This document shows positions 9,839-17,937 of a stretch of 64,000 bases of DNA, in pieces. Under the pieces are notes generated by a model. That model saw nothing but the letters and a program-made list of their open reading frames with translations. It ran no database searches and was not told where the DNA came from. Both the position numbers and the translations under genes were made by a program. Position 1 is the first letter of the stretch. Each line of letters begins with the position of its first letter. The DNA is from Candidatus Omnitrophota bacterium (GTDB lineage Bacteria > Omnitrophota > Gorgyraeia > Gygaellales > Profunditerraquicolaceae): the NCBI GenBank assembly GCA_041648915.1, contig JBAZOC010000001.1, positions 10,801-74,800 on the forward strand, given 5' to 3'.

Positions 9839-10240
9839 ATGAGTATTGAGAAAAATTTCGTTATTATGTTTTTTATCATCTGGTGCATTCTGGTATTTGA
9901 GCCCATAATACGTCAGGTGCAGGAAACATTTACCTTTTTACTTCCCGTTTATTCTTTAAGCCTGGAAGAGAAGCACAACCTAATTGACGGAAAATTTTAC
10001 AATTTTGTAAAGTTATGCGTAGCGAGCATCCAGGAGAATGAAAGTATAATATTTAAGGTCATCCCGCAGGAACCCGATTTTAGGACACCCGATTGGCTAC
10101 TTAAGGAATACCTGATCGGTAGATTGTCTTATTTTCTTTATCCCCGGAAGATATTACGGGAGCAAGACCTAAGCGGAAAAGCTCAATATATTATGCTATT
10201 TGATACCAATGCCAAGACTTTAAAACTCAGTAACCGTTAA
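9839..10240 (+). CDS. hypothetical N-terminally anchored protein
   Basis: 133 aa with a single N-terminal hydrophobic helix. I recognise no motif. It fills the gap between flanking genes on the same strand. Confidence 0.4.
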   Translation: MSIEKNFVIMFFIIWCILVFEPIIRQVQETFTFLLPVYSLSLEEKHNLIDGKFYNFVKLCVASIQENESIIFKVIPQEPDFRTPDWLLKEYLIGRLSYFLYPRKILREQDLSGKAQYIMLFDTNAKTLKLSNR

Positions 10241-10249
10241 GGGCACAGG

Positions 10250-11632
10250 ATGATTTTTCTTAAATTTACATTAGCTGTTTTGAGCATAATAATTACGGGC
10301 TACGCCGGGTTAAGATTATTTACCGGACCCAGGAAAGAACTGCCGCTGGGAGAAGTTTTGTGCCTTTCTTGGGGAATGGGCGTAGGGTTTGTGGGGCTGG
10401 AAGGTTTTTTATTAACGCTCTTTAAACATCCGCTTAGCTTAGGCTATCTGCTATTTTTTCAAATCGTTTTTATCATCTTTGTGGCCTTGAAACTCAAAAG
10501 AGGCTTTTGCTGTTGTTGCACTGCGTCCTGGTATAAGCAGAAGATTTCCTATTCGCCCTTAGCGGTATTTTTACTGGTTATAATCATAGTGGAAATAGCT
10601 TATGTATTCCTTAAGGCATCCAGTCTTCCTTTTAGTGCCTTGAATTGGGATGCCTGGGCCAGCTGGGGCTTTAAGGCTAAGATTTTTTTTCAGGAAAAGG
10701 CTTTTCCCGTGCAGTCCTGCGTCGTATTCCCCGGCTTTGCCCATCCCGATTATCCGGTGCTCATTCCATTTGCAGAAGCATATATTTATTTTTTCCTGGG
10801 GCAAATACATGAACCGTTAATAGGATGTTTTTGTTCTTTTTTCTACGCAGCGACGGTCATTTTATTTTATTATCAGCTCAAAAGGCGGTTCAAAATTGAA
10901 TTCGCCCTGGGCGGCAGCCTGGTTCTGGCTACTATCCCGAGCCTAGTCAATCTGGCTTCCACCGCTTATATGGATGTGCCGCTTGCCTTCTATATCACCG
11001 CCGGTAGCCTGTATATCTGGAGGTATTTAAAGGAAAAAGATAATTTTTGCCTTATAATGGGTGCTTTTTTTACGGGACTGGGGATGTGGGTAAAGAATGA
11101 AGGGTTTGGTTTTTGGGTAGCTTTAGTTTTGAGCTGTTTAGCGATCTGCCTCTGGTTTAAGTTAGATATCCATAAAAAAAAGTTTCTTTCCGCAGTTGCA
11201 TTTATACCGGCATTAATTTATTTACCTTGGTTATTATTCAAATGTTACTTTAAGCTGGGAGTTACTTATTTCCAGGGCCCGGCGGCTGGGAATTTATTGG
11301 ATTTAATAAAGCAGCGGCTGCCTATGGCTTTAGAGATCTGGATAAAGCGCGGTTTAGATATAGGAAGGTGGAACATCTTCTGGGTAGGTTTTATTATCGC
11401 CCTGCTATGGTTTTTAGTAAGGCCCAGAGAAAAACTAGCCTGGTTCTTATTGTTTATTGTTGTTTTGCAGCTGTTTTTTTATTTTATTATCTATATTATC
11501 TGGCCGATAAGCCTGGCGGATTTGGAATTACAAATCTTTAACTCCGTAGATAGGCTGCCGCTGCAACTGGTAACGCTAGTCTTATTTTTTATCTGTTTAC
11601 AAATAGGAGAAAAATGGAGGGTCAACCCTTAG
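10250..11632 (+). CDS. polytopic membrane protein, GT-C/ArnT-PMT-like putative glycosyltransferase
   Basis: 460 aa with more than 10 TM segments. A loop reads NWDAWASWGFKAK...HPDYPVLIP, reminiscent of GT39/PMT_2-type enzymes. The assignment is by resemblance only. Confidence 0.45.
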   Translation: MIFLKFTLAVLSIIITGYAGLRLFTGPRKELPLGEVLCLSWGMGVGFVGLEGFLLTLFKHPLSLGYLLFFQIVFIIFVALKLKRGFCCCCTASWYKQKISYSPLAVFLLVIIIVEIAYVFLKASSLPFSALNWDAWASWGFKAKIFFQEKAFPVQSCVVFPGFAHPDYPVLIPFAEAYIYFFLGQIHEPLIGCFCSFFYAATVILFYYQLKRRFKIEFALGGSLVLATIPSLVNLASTAYMDVPLAFYITAGSLYIWRYLKEKDNFCLIMGAFFTGLGMWVKNEGFGFWVALVLSCLAICLWFKLDIHKKKFLSAVAFIPALIYLPWLLFKCYFKLGVTYFQGPAAGNLLDLIKQRLPMALEIWIKRGLDIGRWNIFWVGFIIALLWFLVRPREKLAWFLLFIVVLQLFFYFIIYIIWPISLADLELQIFNSVDRLPLQLVTLVLFFICLQIGEKWRVNP

Positions 11633-13065
11633 GGAATTTTTCCCATATTGATTTTAAGCAGGCGCGTAGCGCACATTGGGACGGGCTTAGCCGTTTCCGG
11701 GATAAACAAGGGGGATGGGGAGGGTATTATCACCGGCGCTTGGCAGAAATATACAGGTTTAGCGTTAGGCCTAATCAGCGTGTCTTAGAAATTGGCTGCG
11801 GCTACGGAGATCTATTAAGCGCATTAAAGCCAAGTCTGGGCGTAGGGGTGGATTTTTCCGAAAAGATGCTGCGCCAGGCGCAGGTGCGCCATCCAGAGCT
11901 TCATTTTATACAGGCGGATGCGCAGGAATTCAGTATTAACGCACAGTTTGACGTAATTATTCTTTCTGACCTGGTCAACGATTTGTGGGATGTCCAGAGT
12001 GTTTTTGAAAGATTGCATTTAGTGTCCACGCCTCAAACGCGGGTTATTTGTAATTTTTACAGTAATCTTTGGATGAAACCGCTGCAGCTAGCCCAAAATT
12101 TCAAGGTGGCCCAGCCCCTGCTTCCCCAAAATTGGTTGACCCGGGAGGATATAACAAACTTATTCTATCTTGCTGATTTTGAGGTTATCCGTTCCTGGAG
12201 GGAGATTTTATGCCCTTTGCCGGTTCCTGTCCTTAAGGAGCTTGCTAACCGTTTTCTGGTAAAATTTTGGCCATTTAGTATTATGGCCCTGACCAATTTT
12301 ATCATAGCGCGGCCCAAGCCGCGAAATCTGGCTGCCGTTAAGCAGGCGTCTGTCTCGGTGATCATCCCTGTGCGGAATGAATCCGGGAACATTGCGCAGA
12401 TATTTGAACGGATGCAGAAAGAAACAGGAAAAGAAACAGAGCTTATTTTTGTAGAAGGGCATTCTACGGATAATAGTTTTGAAGTTATCCGTAAATACAT
12501 TGCGGATTATCCGGACTTAAAGTGTAAATTGTTCAAACAGGAAGGGAGAGGCAAGGGTGAAGCAGTGCGCCTGGGTTTTGCTAACGCCAGCGGGGATATC
12601 CTGGTGATTTTAGATGCTGACCTGACGGTTAGCCCGGAAGACTTAAGGAGATTCTATGCATGCCTTTTTACCGGTAAGGCTGATTTTGTGAACGGTGTCC
12701 GCCTGGTTTATCCGTGGCAGCAGAAAGCTATGCGTTTTTTAAATCTATTAGCCAATAAATTTTTCAGTATTGTTTTTTCCTGGCTCATCGGCCAGCAGAT
12801 TAAAGATACCCTCTGCGGGACAAAAGCGCTCTGGCGTAAAGATTACCTTAAGATAGCGGAGAACCGCAGGTATTTTGGGGATTTTGACCCCTTTGGGGAT
12901 TATGACCTTATTTTCGGCGCAGCGGCTTTAAATCTTAAAATAGTGGATCTGCCGGTACGCTACTACGAGCGTCAATACGGTAAGACTAATATCCGCAGGT
13001 GGCGGCATGGCTGGCTTCTTTTACGCATGGTATTTTTTGCTGCCAGGAAGATTAAATTCATATAG
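11614..13065 (+). CDS. fusion protein: class I SAM methyltransferase (N-terminal) plus family-2 glycosyltransferase (C-terminal)
   Basis: 483 aa. Methyltransferase motif I is LEIGCGYGDLL. The GT2 part has VSVIIPVRNE and the DxD motif ILDADL. The C-terminal hydrophobic tail is WLLLRMVFFAA. Confidence 0.75.
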   Translation: MEGQPLGNFSHIDFKQARSAHWDGLSRFRDKQGGWGGYYHRRLAEIYRFSVRPNQRVLEIGCGYGDLLSALKPSLGVGVDFSEKMLRQAQVRHPELHFIQADAQEFSINAQFDVIILSDLVNDLWDVQSVFERLHLVSTPQTRVICNFYSNLWMKPLQLAQNFKVAQPLLPQNWLTREDITNLFYLADFEVIRSWREILCPLPVPVLKELANRFLVKFWPFSIMALTNFIIARPKPRNLAAVKQASVSVIIPVRNESGNIAQIFERMQKETGKETELIFVEGHSTDNSFEVIRKYIADYPDLKCKLFKQEGRGKGEAVRLGFANASGDILVILDADLTVSPEDLRRFYACLFTGKADFVNGVRLVYPWQQKAMRFLNLLANKFFSIVFSWLIGQQIKDTLCGTKALWRKDYLKIAENRRYFGDFDPFGDYDLIFGAAALNLKIVDLPVRYYERQYGKTNIRRWRHGWLLLRMVFFAARKIKFI

Positions 13066-13106
13066 CAGAATTATAAAAAGCAGTGTATGATTCAAGGGTT
13101 TAAAAA

Positions 13107-13343
13107 ATGGAATTTAAACTAAAGGCTGAGTTTATTGAGCTGGATAATATGTTAAAGATTCTGGAGCTGGTCAGGTGCGGGGCTCAAGCCAAGCAGGAGG
13201 TACAGGCAGGTTTAGTCCGGGTTAATGGATTGGTGGAGGCGCGTATCCGCCGGAAACTTCGCTCAGGGGATTGCGTGGAATTTAACGGCCGCAAGATTAA
13301 TATTATTGCCTGGAAAAATAAAAAGCAAGCGGGGGTCATGTAG
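13107..13343 (+). CDS. S4-domain RNA-binding protein (YbcJ-like)
   Basis: 78 aa. GLVRVNGLVEARIRRKLRSGDCVEF is typical of small S4 proteins. Confidence 0.7.
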   Translation: MEFKLKAEFIELDNMLKILELVRCGAQAKQEVQAGLVRVNGLVEARIRRKLRSGDCVEFNGRKINIIAWKNKKQAGVM

Positions 13344-13392
13344 GAGCAGATTATATGAAAAATTGTATTAGACCTGTAATTTAACTTAGGCT

Positions 13393-14535
13393 ATGAAAGA
13401 AGGTATAAAAAAAATCTGTATCCGTACCTTCGGCTGCCAGATGAATATAAGAGATTCGGAAGTTATCTGCGGCCTATTGGTAAAGGCGGGTTATCAAATT
13501 ACGGATGACCCGGACCGGGCAGATATTATTATCTTTAATACCTGCTCGGTACGCCAGCATGCCGAGGATAAGGTCTGGAGCGAAGCAGGAAGGTTTAAGC
13601 ATGGCAAGATTGTCGGCGTAGTGGGCTGCATGGCTCAAAATTACGGGCAGGAAATTTTTGAACGCTCGCCTAATGTCAGCTTTGTGATCGGGCCGGCTGA
13701 TATCGAAAAAATTCCGGGCATTATTACCAAACTCAGCAAGGATAAGGCCATCTTTGAAAGAAAAATATTTGAGACAGACGGGCAGTCCCGGCCCGAAAAG
13801 ATTTATCACACTAATTTTTACGCAGATAAAAAACATGCTTTCGTAGTTATCTCTGAAGGCTGTTCTAATTTCTGTTCCTATTGCGTGGTGCCTTACGTAA
13901 GGGGCCGTTTGCATAACCGTAATTATGAAGATATCCTGAAAGAGATCCAGGGGGCCTTAGAAAAAGGGATAACCCGGTTTACTCTTCTTGGCCAGAACGT
14001 AAATGCCTATAAGTATGACAGTCTGGATTTTATCAGGCTTTTAAGGCTGATTGACGCAATTGAGGGGGTGGAGGAATTCAGTTTTGTTACTTCCCATCCC
14101 AGGGATACTTCGGTTGATTTATTTAAAGCGATAAACGATTCGGGAAAGCTAAAAAAATACCTGCATCTTCCGGTACAGTCCGGTTCAGACAGGGTGCTAA
14201 AGCTGATGAAGCGCGGTTACTCCAGAAAGTTTTATTTGGATTTAGCGGATAATTATCGTAAAATTGTCAAGGCAGGCGCCTTGACTACCGATATAATCGT
14301 GGGGTTCCCTACGGAAAACGAAGAGGATTTTAAGGATACTTATGATTTGGTCAAAGCTATCCGTTTTGATGCTGCTTATATATTCAAATATTCCCCGCGG
14401 TTACGCACCGAAGCTTTCCGGATGGCGGATACAGTGCCAAAAGGAGAAAAAGAAAGAAGGCACCGGGTGATTTTAGAGATGCAGAAAGAAATATCCCGTA
14501 AAATAAAAAGGCAAAAATATGAAAAACCCGAATAG
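13393..14535 (+). CDS. miaB: tRNA-2-methylthio-N6-dimethylallyladenosine synthase (MiaB-type methylthiotransferase), lacks the TRAM domain
   Basis: 380 aa. Has the UPF0004 motif TFGCQMNIRDSE and the radical-SAM motif EGCSNFCSYCVVPYVRG. The ORF stops about 45 aa after YSPR, with no TRAM-like segment. Confidence 0.8.
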   Translation: MKEGIKKICIRTFGCQMNIRDSEVICGLLVKAGYQITDDPDRADIIIFNTCSVRQHAEDKVWSEAGRFKHGKIVGVVGCMAQNYGQEIFERSPNVSFVIGPADIEKIPGIITKLSKDKAIFERKIFETDGQSRPEKIYHTNFYADKKHAFVVISEGCSNFCSYCVVPYVRGRLHNRNYEDILKEIQGALEKGITRFTLLGQNVNAYKYDSLDFIRLLRLIDAIEGVEEFSFVTSHPRDTSVDLFKAINDSGKLKKYLHLPVQSGSDRVLKLMKRGYSRKFYLDLADNYRKIVKAGALTTDIIVGFPTENEEDFKDTYDLVKAIRFDAAYIFKYSPRLRTEAFRMADTVPKGEKERRHRVILEMQKEISRKIKRQKYEKPE

Positions 14536-15304
14536 AATAAAGAAATTTTATGCCTTAGGCTGTTTTTTTGCTCTTTTATTTTTTACCGCTAACTGTTATG
14601 CCTTGAATTTGGATAACCTGAAAGCCAATCTTATTAAAGGTGATTACCAGGCTGCCATAAATGAAGGAGAAAAGCTTGTTGTTCAGGATCCGCATTCAGA
14701 TGAGCTGTATTATCTTTTAGGGCTTTCTTATTTAAAAGCAGGGGATTATCTGCGCTCCGCGGGTACCTTTGAGCTCATTATCCAGGAATTCAGCGGCTCC
14801 CGGTTTAAAGAAGAAGCCAGACTCGGCTTGGGCGATGCCTACCTTTTAAGGAATGACCTGGCCAGGGCCGAGGAGTCTTACCATGAACTGCTTAAGAGCA
14901 ATCCGGATACCCGGCTCAAAGCCCAGCTTTTTTACCGCTTAAGTGAGATTAGTTTTAAGCAAGGCGAGGCTGATCAGGGCCAGGATTATTTGGCCAAATT
15001 AAAAGAGGACTATCCTTTAAACCCGGAAGTCAGGCAGAACAGGGATATCTGGCCGGTTGAAAAAAATAGCCCTGGTTTTTATTATTCTGTCCAGGTCGGC
15101 GCGTTCTCTAATCCTAGAAATGCGGCTCAGTTGAAGCAAAAATTACTAAGCAGCGGTTACCCCGCGTATATTGAAGAAGCGCCTGGCCCGGCCGGCTCAA
15201 AAAACTACCGGGTGAAGGTAGGAAAGTTAAATTCCCGCCCGGAAGCAGAAAATTTGAATAAAAAACTTAAAGCGCAAGGTTACCCCACCAAAATATGCCC
15301 TTAA
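14519..15304 (+). CDS. secreted TPR-repeat plus SPOR-domain (peptidoglycan-binding) protein
   Basis: 261 aa. Has a signal peptide ending NCYA, TPR-like repeats, and the C-terminal SPOR pattern YYSVQVGAFSNPRNA...YRVKVGKLNSRPEAE. Confidence 0.75.
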   Translation: MKNPNRIKKFYALGCFFALLFFTANCYALNLDNLKANLIKGDYQAAINEGEKLVVQDPHSDELYYLLGLSYLKAGDYLRSAGTFELIIQEFSGSRFKEEARLGLGDAYLLRNDLARAEESYHELLKSNPDTRLKAQLFYRLSEISFKQGEADQGQDYLAKLKEDYPLNPEVRQNRDIWPVEKNSPGFYYSVQVGAFSNPRNAAQLKQKLLSSGYPAYIEEAPGPAGSKNYRVKVGKLNSRPEAENLNKKLKAQGYPTKICP

Positions 15305-16215
15305 AAAAAGTAATCTTTCTCGTCGGGCCAACCGGAGTAGGCAAAACCAGGATTGCTGTTGAGCTGGCCGTAAAAATCAACGCCGAAATCATCTCCTGCG
15401 ATTCCATGCAAATCTATAAAGGCATGGATATAATTACTGGCAAGCCGCAAGCCTTTTTAAGAAAAAAGATAAGGCATCATCTTATCGGCACGGTGCTGCC
15501 GAAAGAGGAGTATAATGTTTCTAAATACCGGCAGGAAGCCCTGAAGAAAATAAAAGAGATTATTGAAAAAGGCAAGACCCCGCTTTTTTGCGGAGGGACA
15601 GGGCTGTATGTTTCTATTCTTCTGGACGGTATTTTTAAAGCCAGGGCGCAAAACCTTGCCCTGCGCAAAAAACTTTACCGGCAGTTGGAGAAATATGGCC
15701 GGAATTATTTGTATAAAAAGCTAAAGCGCCTTGACCGCCAGGCAGCCAAGAATATCCATCCTAATGATGTTAAGCGCACTATCCGGGCTTTAGAGGTCTT
15801 TGGGGCTACCGGAAAACCTATCTCGGAACTGCAGAAGGAAAGGGAGGGCTTAAGTAAATATTATGCTCTAAAGATTTTTTGTTTGAATATGGAGAGGAGC
15901 GCTCTTTATCAAAGAATTGACGGCCGCGTAGACAAGATGTTCAGGGCCGGCCTGCTTAAGGAAGCCAGGAGGCTGCTGAATAAAAAATTAAGTAAGACCA
16001 GCCGCTATGCCATCGGCCTAAAGGAGTTGGCAGGGTATTTTGCAGGCAGGTATGATTTAGCCGAGGCCAAGCGCCTGATAAAACGTAACAGCCGGCATTA
16101 CGCCAAGAGACAGCTGACCTGGTTCAGGAAAGATAAGCGTATACAATGGTTTAATATCCAGGGTAAAGATACGCCAGCGCAAGTAGCAGGGAGATTATGG
16201 AAAGAGCTTTATTAG
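15295..16215 (+). CDS. miaA: tRNA dimethylallyltransferase
   Basis: 306 aa with P-loop GPTGVGKT and a C-terminal [10 protein letters not shown] motif. Confidence 0.92.
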   Translation: MPLKKVIFLVGPTGVGKTRIAVELAVKINAEIISCDSMQIYKGMDIITGKPQAFLRKKIRHHLIGTVLPKEEYNVSKYRQEALKKIKEIIEKGKTPLFCGGTGLYVSILLDGIFKARAQNLALRKKLYRQLEKYGRNYLYKKLKRLDRQAAKNIHPNDVKRTIRALEVFGATGKPISELQKEREGLSKYYALKIFCLNMERSALYQRIDGRVDKMFRAGLLKEARRLLNKKLSKTSRYAIGLKELAGYFAGRYDLAEAKRLIKRNSRHYAKRQLTWFRKDKRIQWFNIQGKDTPAQVAGRLWKELY

Positions 16216-17456
16216 TTACTCTAGGATTTAAGAAGGATAAAGGAGATAGGCGCCTGGAAGATTCTGCGGTTGAATTAGAGGAATTAGCTTCTGCCTGCGC
16301 AGTAGAGGTAGTGGATAATATTACCTGTCTTTACGATAAACCTACGCCGGATCTTTTTATCGGAAAAGGCAAGGCCCAGGAATTAAATTTAATCGCCCAG
16401 GAAGAGAACGCGGATACCATTATTTTTAGTAGTGAGCTTTCCGGTACCCAGCAGCGTAACCTGGAAGGCGTAATCGCTAAAAAGACTATTGACCGCACGC
16501 AGCTAATCCTGGATATATTCGCCCGGCGGGCAAAAAGCCCTGAAGGCAAACTTCAGGTTGAGCTTGCCCAGTTAGAGTATCTTTTGCCCAGGCTTACGGG
16601 TAAAGGTATTATTCTATCGCGTTTAGGCGGCGGAATCGGCACACGCGGCCCGGGAGAGCAAAAGCTGGAGGTGGACAGGCGGCGCATCAGGAAAAGGATA
16701 GACAGTTTAAAAGTTGATTTAAAAGGGTTAATGCTGCACCGCCAGGTTATGCGTAAAAGGAGAAAGGGGAATGCTCTTTTTGCTATAGCTCTGGTTGGTT
16801 ATACCAGCGCAGGAAAATCTACGCTTCTTAATGCTCTTACTAATGCCGGGCAGATTGTCTCCGGGAGACCTTTTACCACGCTTGATCCTATAGCTAAAAA
16901 TATCCAGCTACCTAACGGCGAGAATGTGGTTATATCTGATACCGTAGGGTTCTTACGCGACTTGCCGCATCAGCTTATCGAAGCGTTCAAGGCCACCTTG
17001 GAGGAGGTGGTTCAGGCGGACCTTTTAATCCATGTCTTAGATGCCAGCCATCCCAATGTTTATGAGTATAATAAGGCGGTATTTACGGTTTTAAAAGAAA
17101 TAGGCGTAGAGGATAAGCCTGTCATTACCGCTTTAAATAAAACCGATCTGCTGAATGATAAAATGTGGCTGGAAAGATTAAAAGAAGATTTTCCGGAATC
17201 CGTAACTGTATCCGCTAAGTTAAAAACAAACCTGGAGGCCTTACTTGAAAAAATAGGAAACAGTTCTTCAGGAAGGATGCTTCAGGTAGAAGTTTTAATT
17301 CCCCATAGCCGGATGGATCTTATAGATCTATTCTACCGCCAGGGGAAAGTTAAAGCTATAAAATACCTGCAGGAAGGGATAAAAGTGCAGGTTAATTTAC
17401 CAAAAATACTTTATCATAACTTGCTGCAAAAAAAAGAGATAAAATCAATCTATTAG
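16197..17456 (+). CDS. hflX: GTPase HflX
   Basis: 419 aa. Has the HflX N-domain with [11 protein letters not shown]1 motif [14 protein letters not shown] and NKTD. Confidence 0.92.
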   Translation: MERALLVTLGFKKDKGDRRLEDSAVELEELASACAVEVVDNITCLYDKPTPDLFIGKGKAQELNLIAQEENADTIIFSSELSGTQQRNLEGVIAKKTIDRTQLILDIFARRAKSPEGKLQVELAQLEYLLPRLTGKGIILSRLGGGIGTRGPGEQKLEVDRRRIRKRIDSLKVDLKGLMLHRQVMRKRRKGNALFAIALVGYTSAGKSTLLNALTNAGQIVSGRPFTTLDPIAKNIQLPNGENVVISDTVGFLRDLPHQLIEAFKATLEEVVQADLLIHVLDASHPNVYEYNKAVFTVLKEIGVEDKPVITALNKTDLLNDKMWLERLKEDFPESVTVSAKLKTNLEALLEKIGNSSSGRMLQVEVLIPHSRMDLIDLFYRQGKVKAIKYLQEGIKVQVNLPKILYHNLLQKKEIKSIY

Positions 17457-17484
17457 AATACTTAATAAAAATTATTAAATATAC

Positions 17485-17513
17485 TTGACAAAATAATTAG
17501 TCTATGTTATACT
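17485..17513 (+). promoter_or_regulatory. near-consensus sigma70 promoter (TTGACA-17 nt-TATACT)
   Basis: TTGACA at 17485-17490 and TATACT at 17508-17513. AAGGAG RBS at 17539-17544 lies before the ATG at 17550. Confidence 0.6.
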
Positions 17514-17549
17514 CTTCCTTGAAGATAGGCTAAAGGCTAAGGAGAGAGC

Positions 17550-17810
17550 ATGCCTCTGTTTGATATTCAAATCAGTCAGGATGAGCCGGTTTATGTTATA
17601 AGCGTGGCAAGCAGGTTAGTAAGTTTACCGGTCTGGACCCTGCGTCAACTGGATAAGGCCGGTATAGTGCGTCCGAAAAGAATCGGGAAAAAAAGCAGGC
17701 TCTATTCGCTTAAAGACATTAGAAAGCTGGAATATGTCCACTACCTTATGGAAGACAGGCATGTAAATATCCATGGTATAAAAATAATCATCGCTAGAGA
17801 AGAGGAGTAG
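17550..17810 (+). CDS. hspR: MerR-family heat-shock regulator, HspR-like (short form)
   Basis: 86 aa. YVISVASRLVSLPVWTLRQLDKAGIVRPKR...RLYSLKDIRKL...NIHGIKIII follows the HspR pattern YVISVAA..QTLRxYD..GLVxPxR..RRYS..DI..L...NLAGIKRII. Confidence 0.7.
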   Translation: MPLFDIQISQDEPVYVISVASRLVSLPVWTLRQLDKAGIVRPKRIGKKSRLYSLKDIRKLEYVHYLMEDRHVNIHGIKIIIAREEE

Positions 17811-17827
17811 TTTTTTTTAAGTTTTAA

Positions 17828-17854
17828 TTAGCACTCTTCCTGGGCAAGCGCTAA
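17828..17854 (+). promoter_or_regulatory. CIRCE-like inverted repeat (candidate HrcA operator)
   Basis: TTAGCACTC-N9-AAGCGCTAA, compared with the CIRCE consensus TTAGCACTC-N9-GAGTGCTAA. The left arm is perfect and the right arm matches 7 of 9. Confidence 0.6.
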
Positions 17855-17863
17855 ATTTTGGTC

Positions 17864-17891
17864 TTTACAAAAAAAGTAACTATGTTAAAAT
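17864..17891 (+). promoter_or_regulatory. sigma70-type promoter candidate for hrcA operon (TTTACA-16 nt-TAAAAT)
   Basis: TTTACA at 17864-17869 and TAAAAT at 17886-17891. Confidence 0.45.
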
Positions 17892-17899
17892 AAGTCTTT

Positions 17900-17922
17900 A
17901 AACATTAAAGCACTTTAAGTTT
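17900..17922 (+). promoter_or_regulatory. palindrome in hrcA leader (candidate second operator)
   Basis: AAAC-A-TTAAAG-CA-CTTTAA-GTTT. The core is a 6+6 bp perfect inverted repeat with 4-bp flanking complementarity. It lies between the predicted -10 and the ATG at 17938. Confidence 0.35.
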
Positions 17923-17937
17923 TGGGGAACGCTTGAG

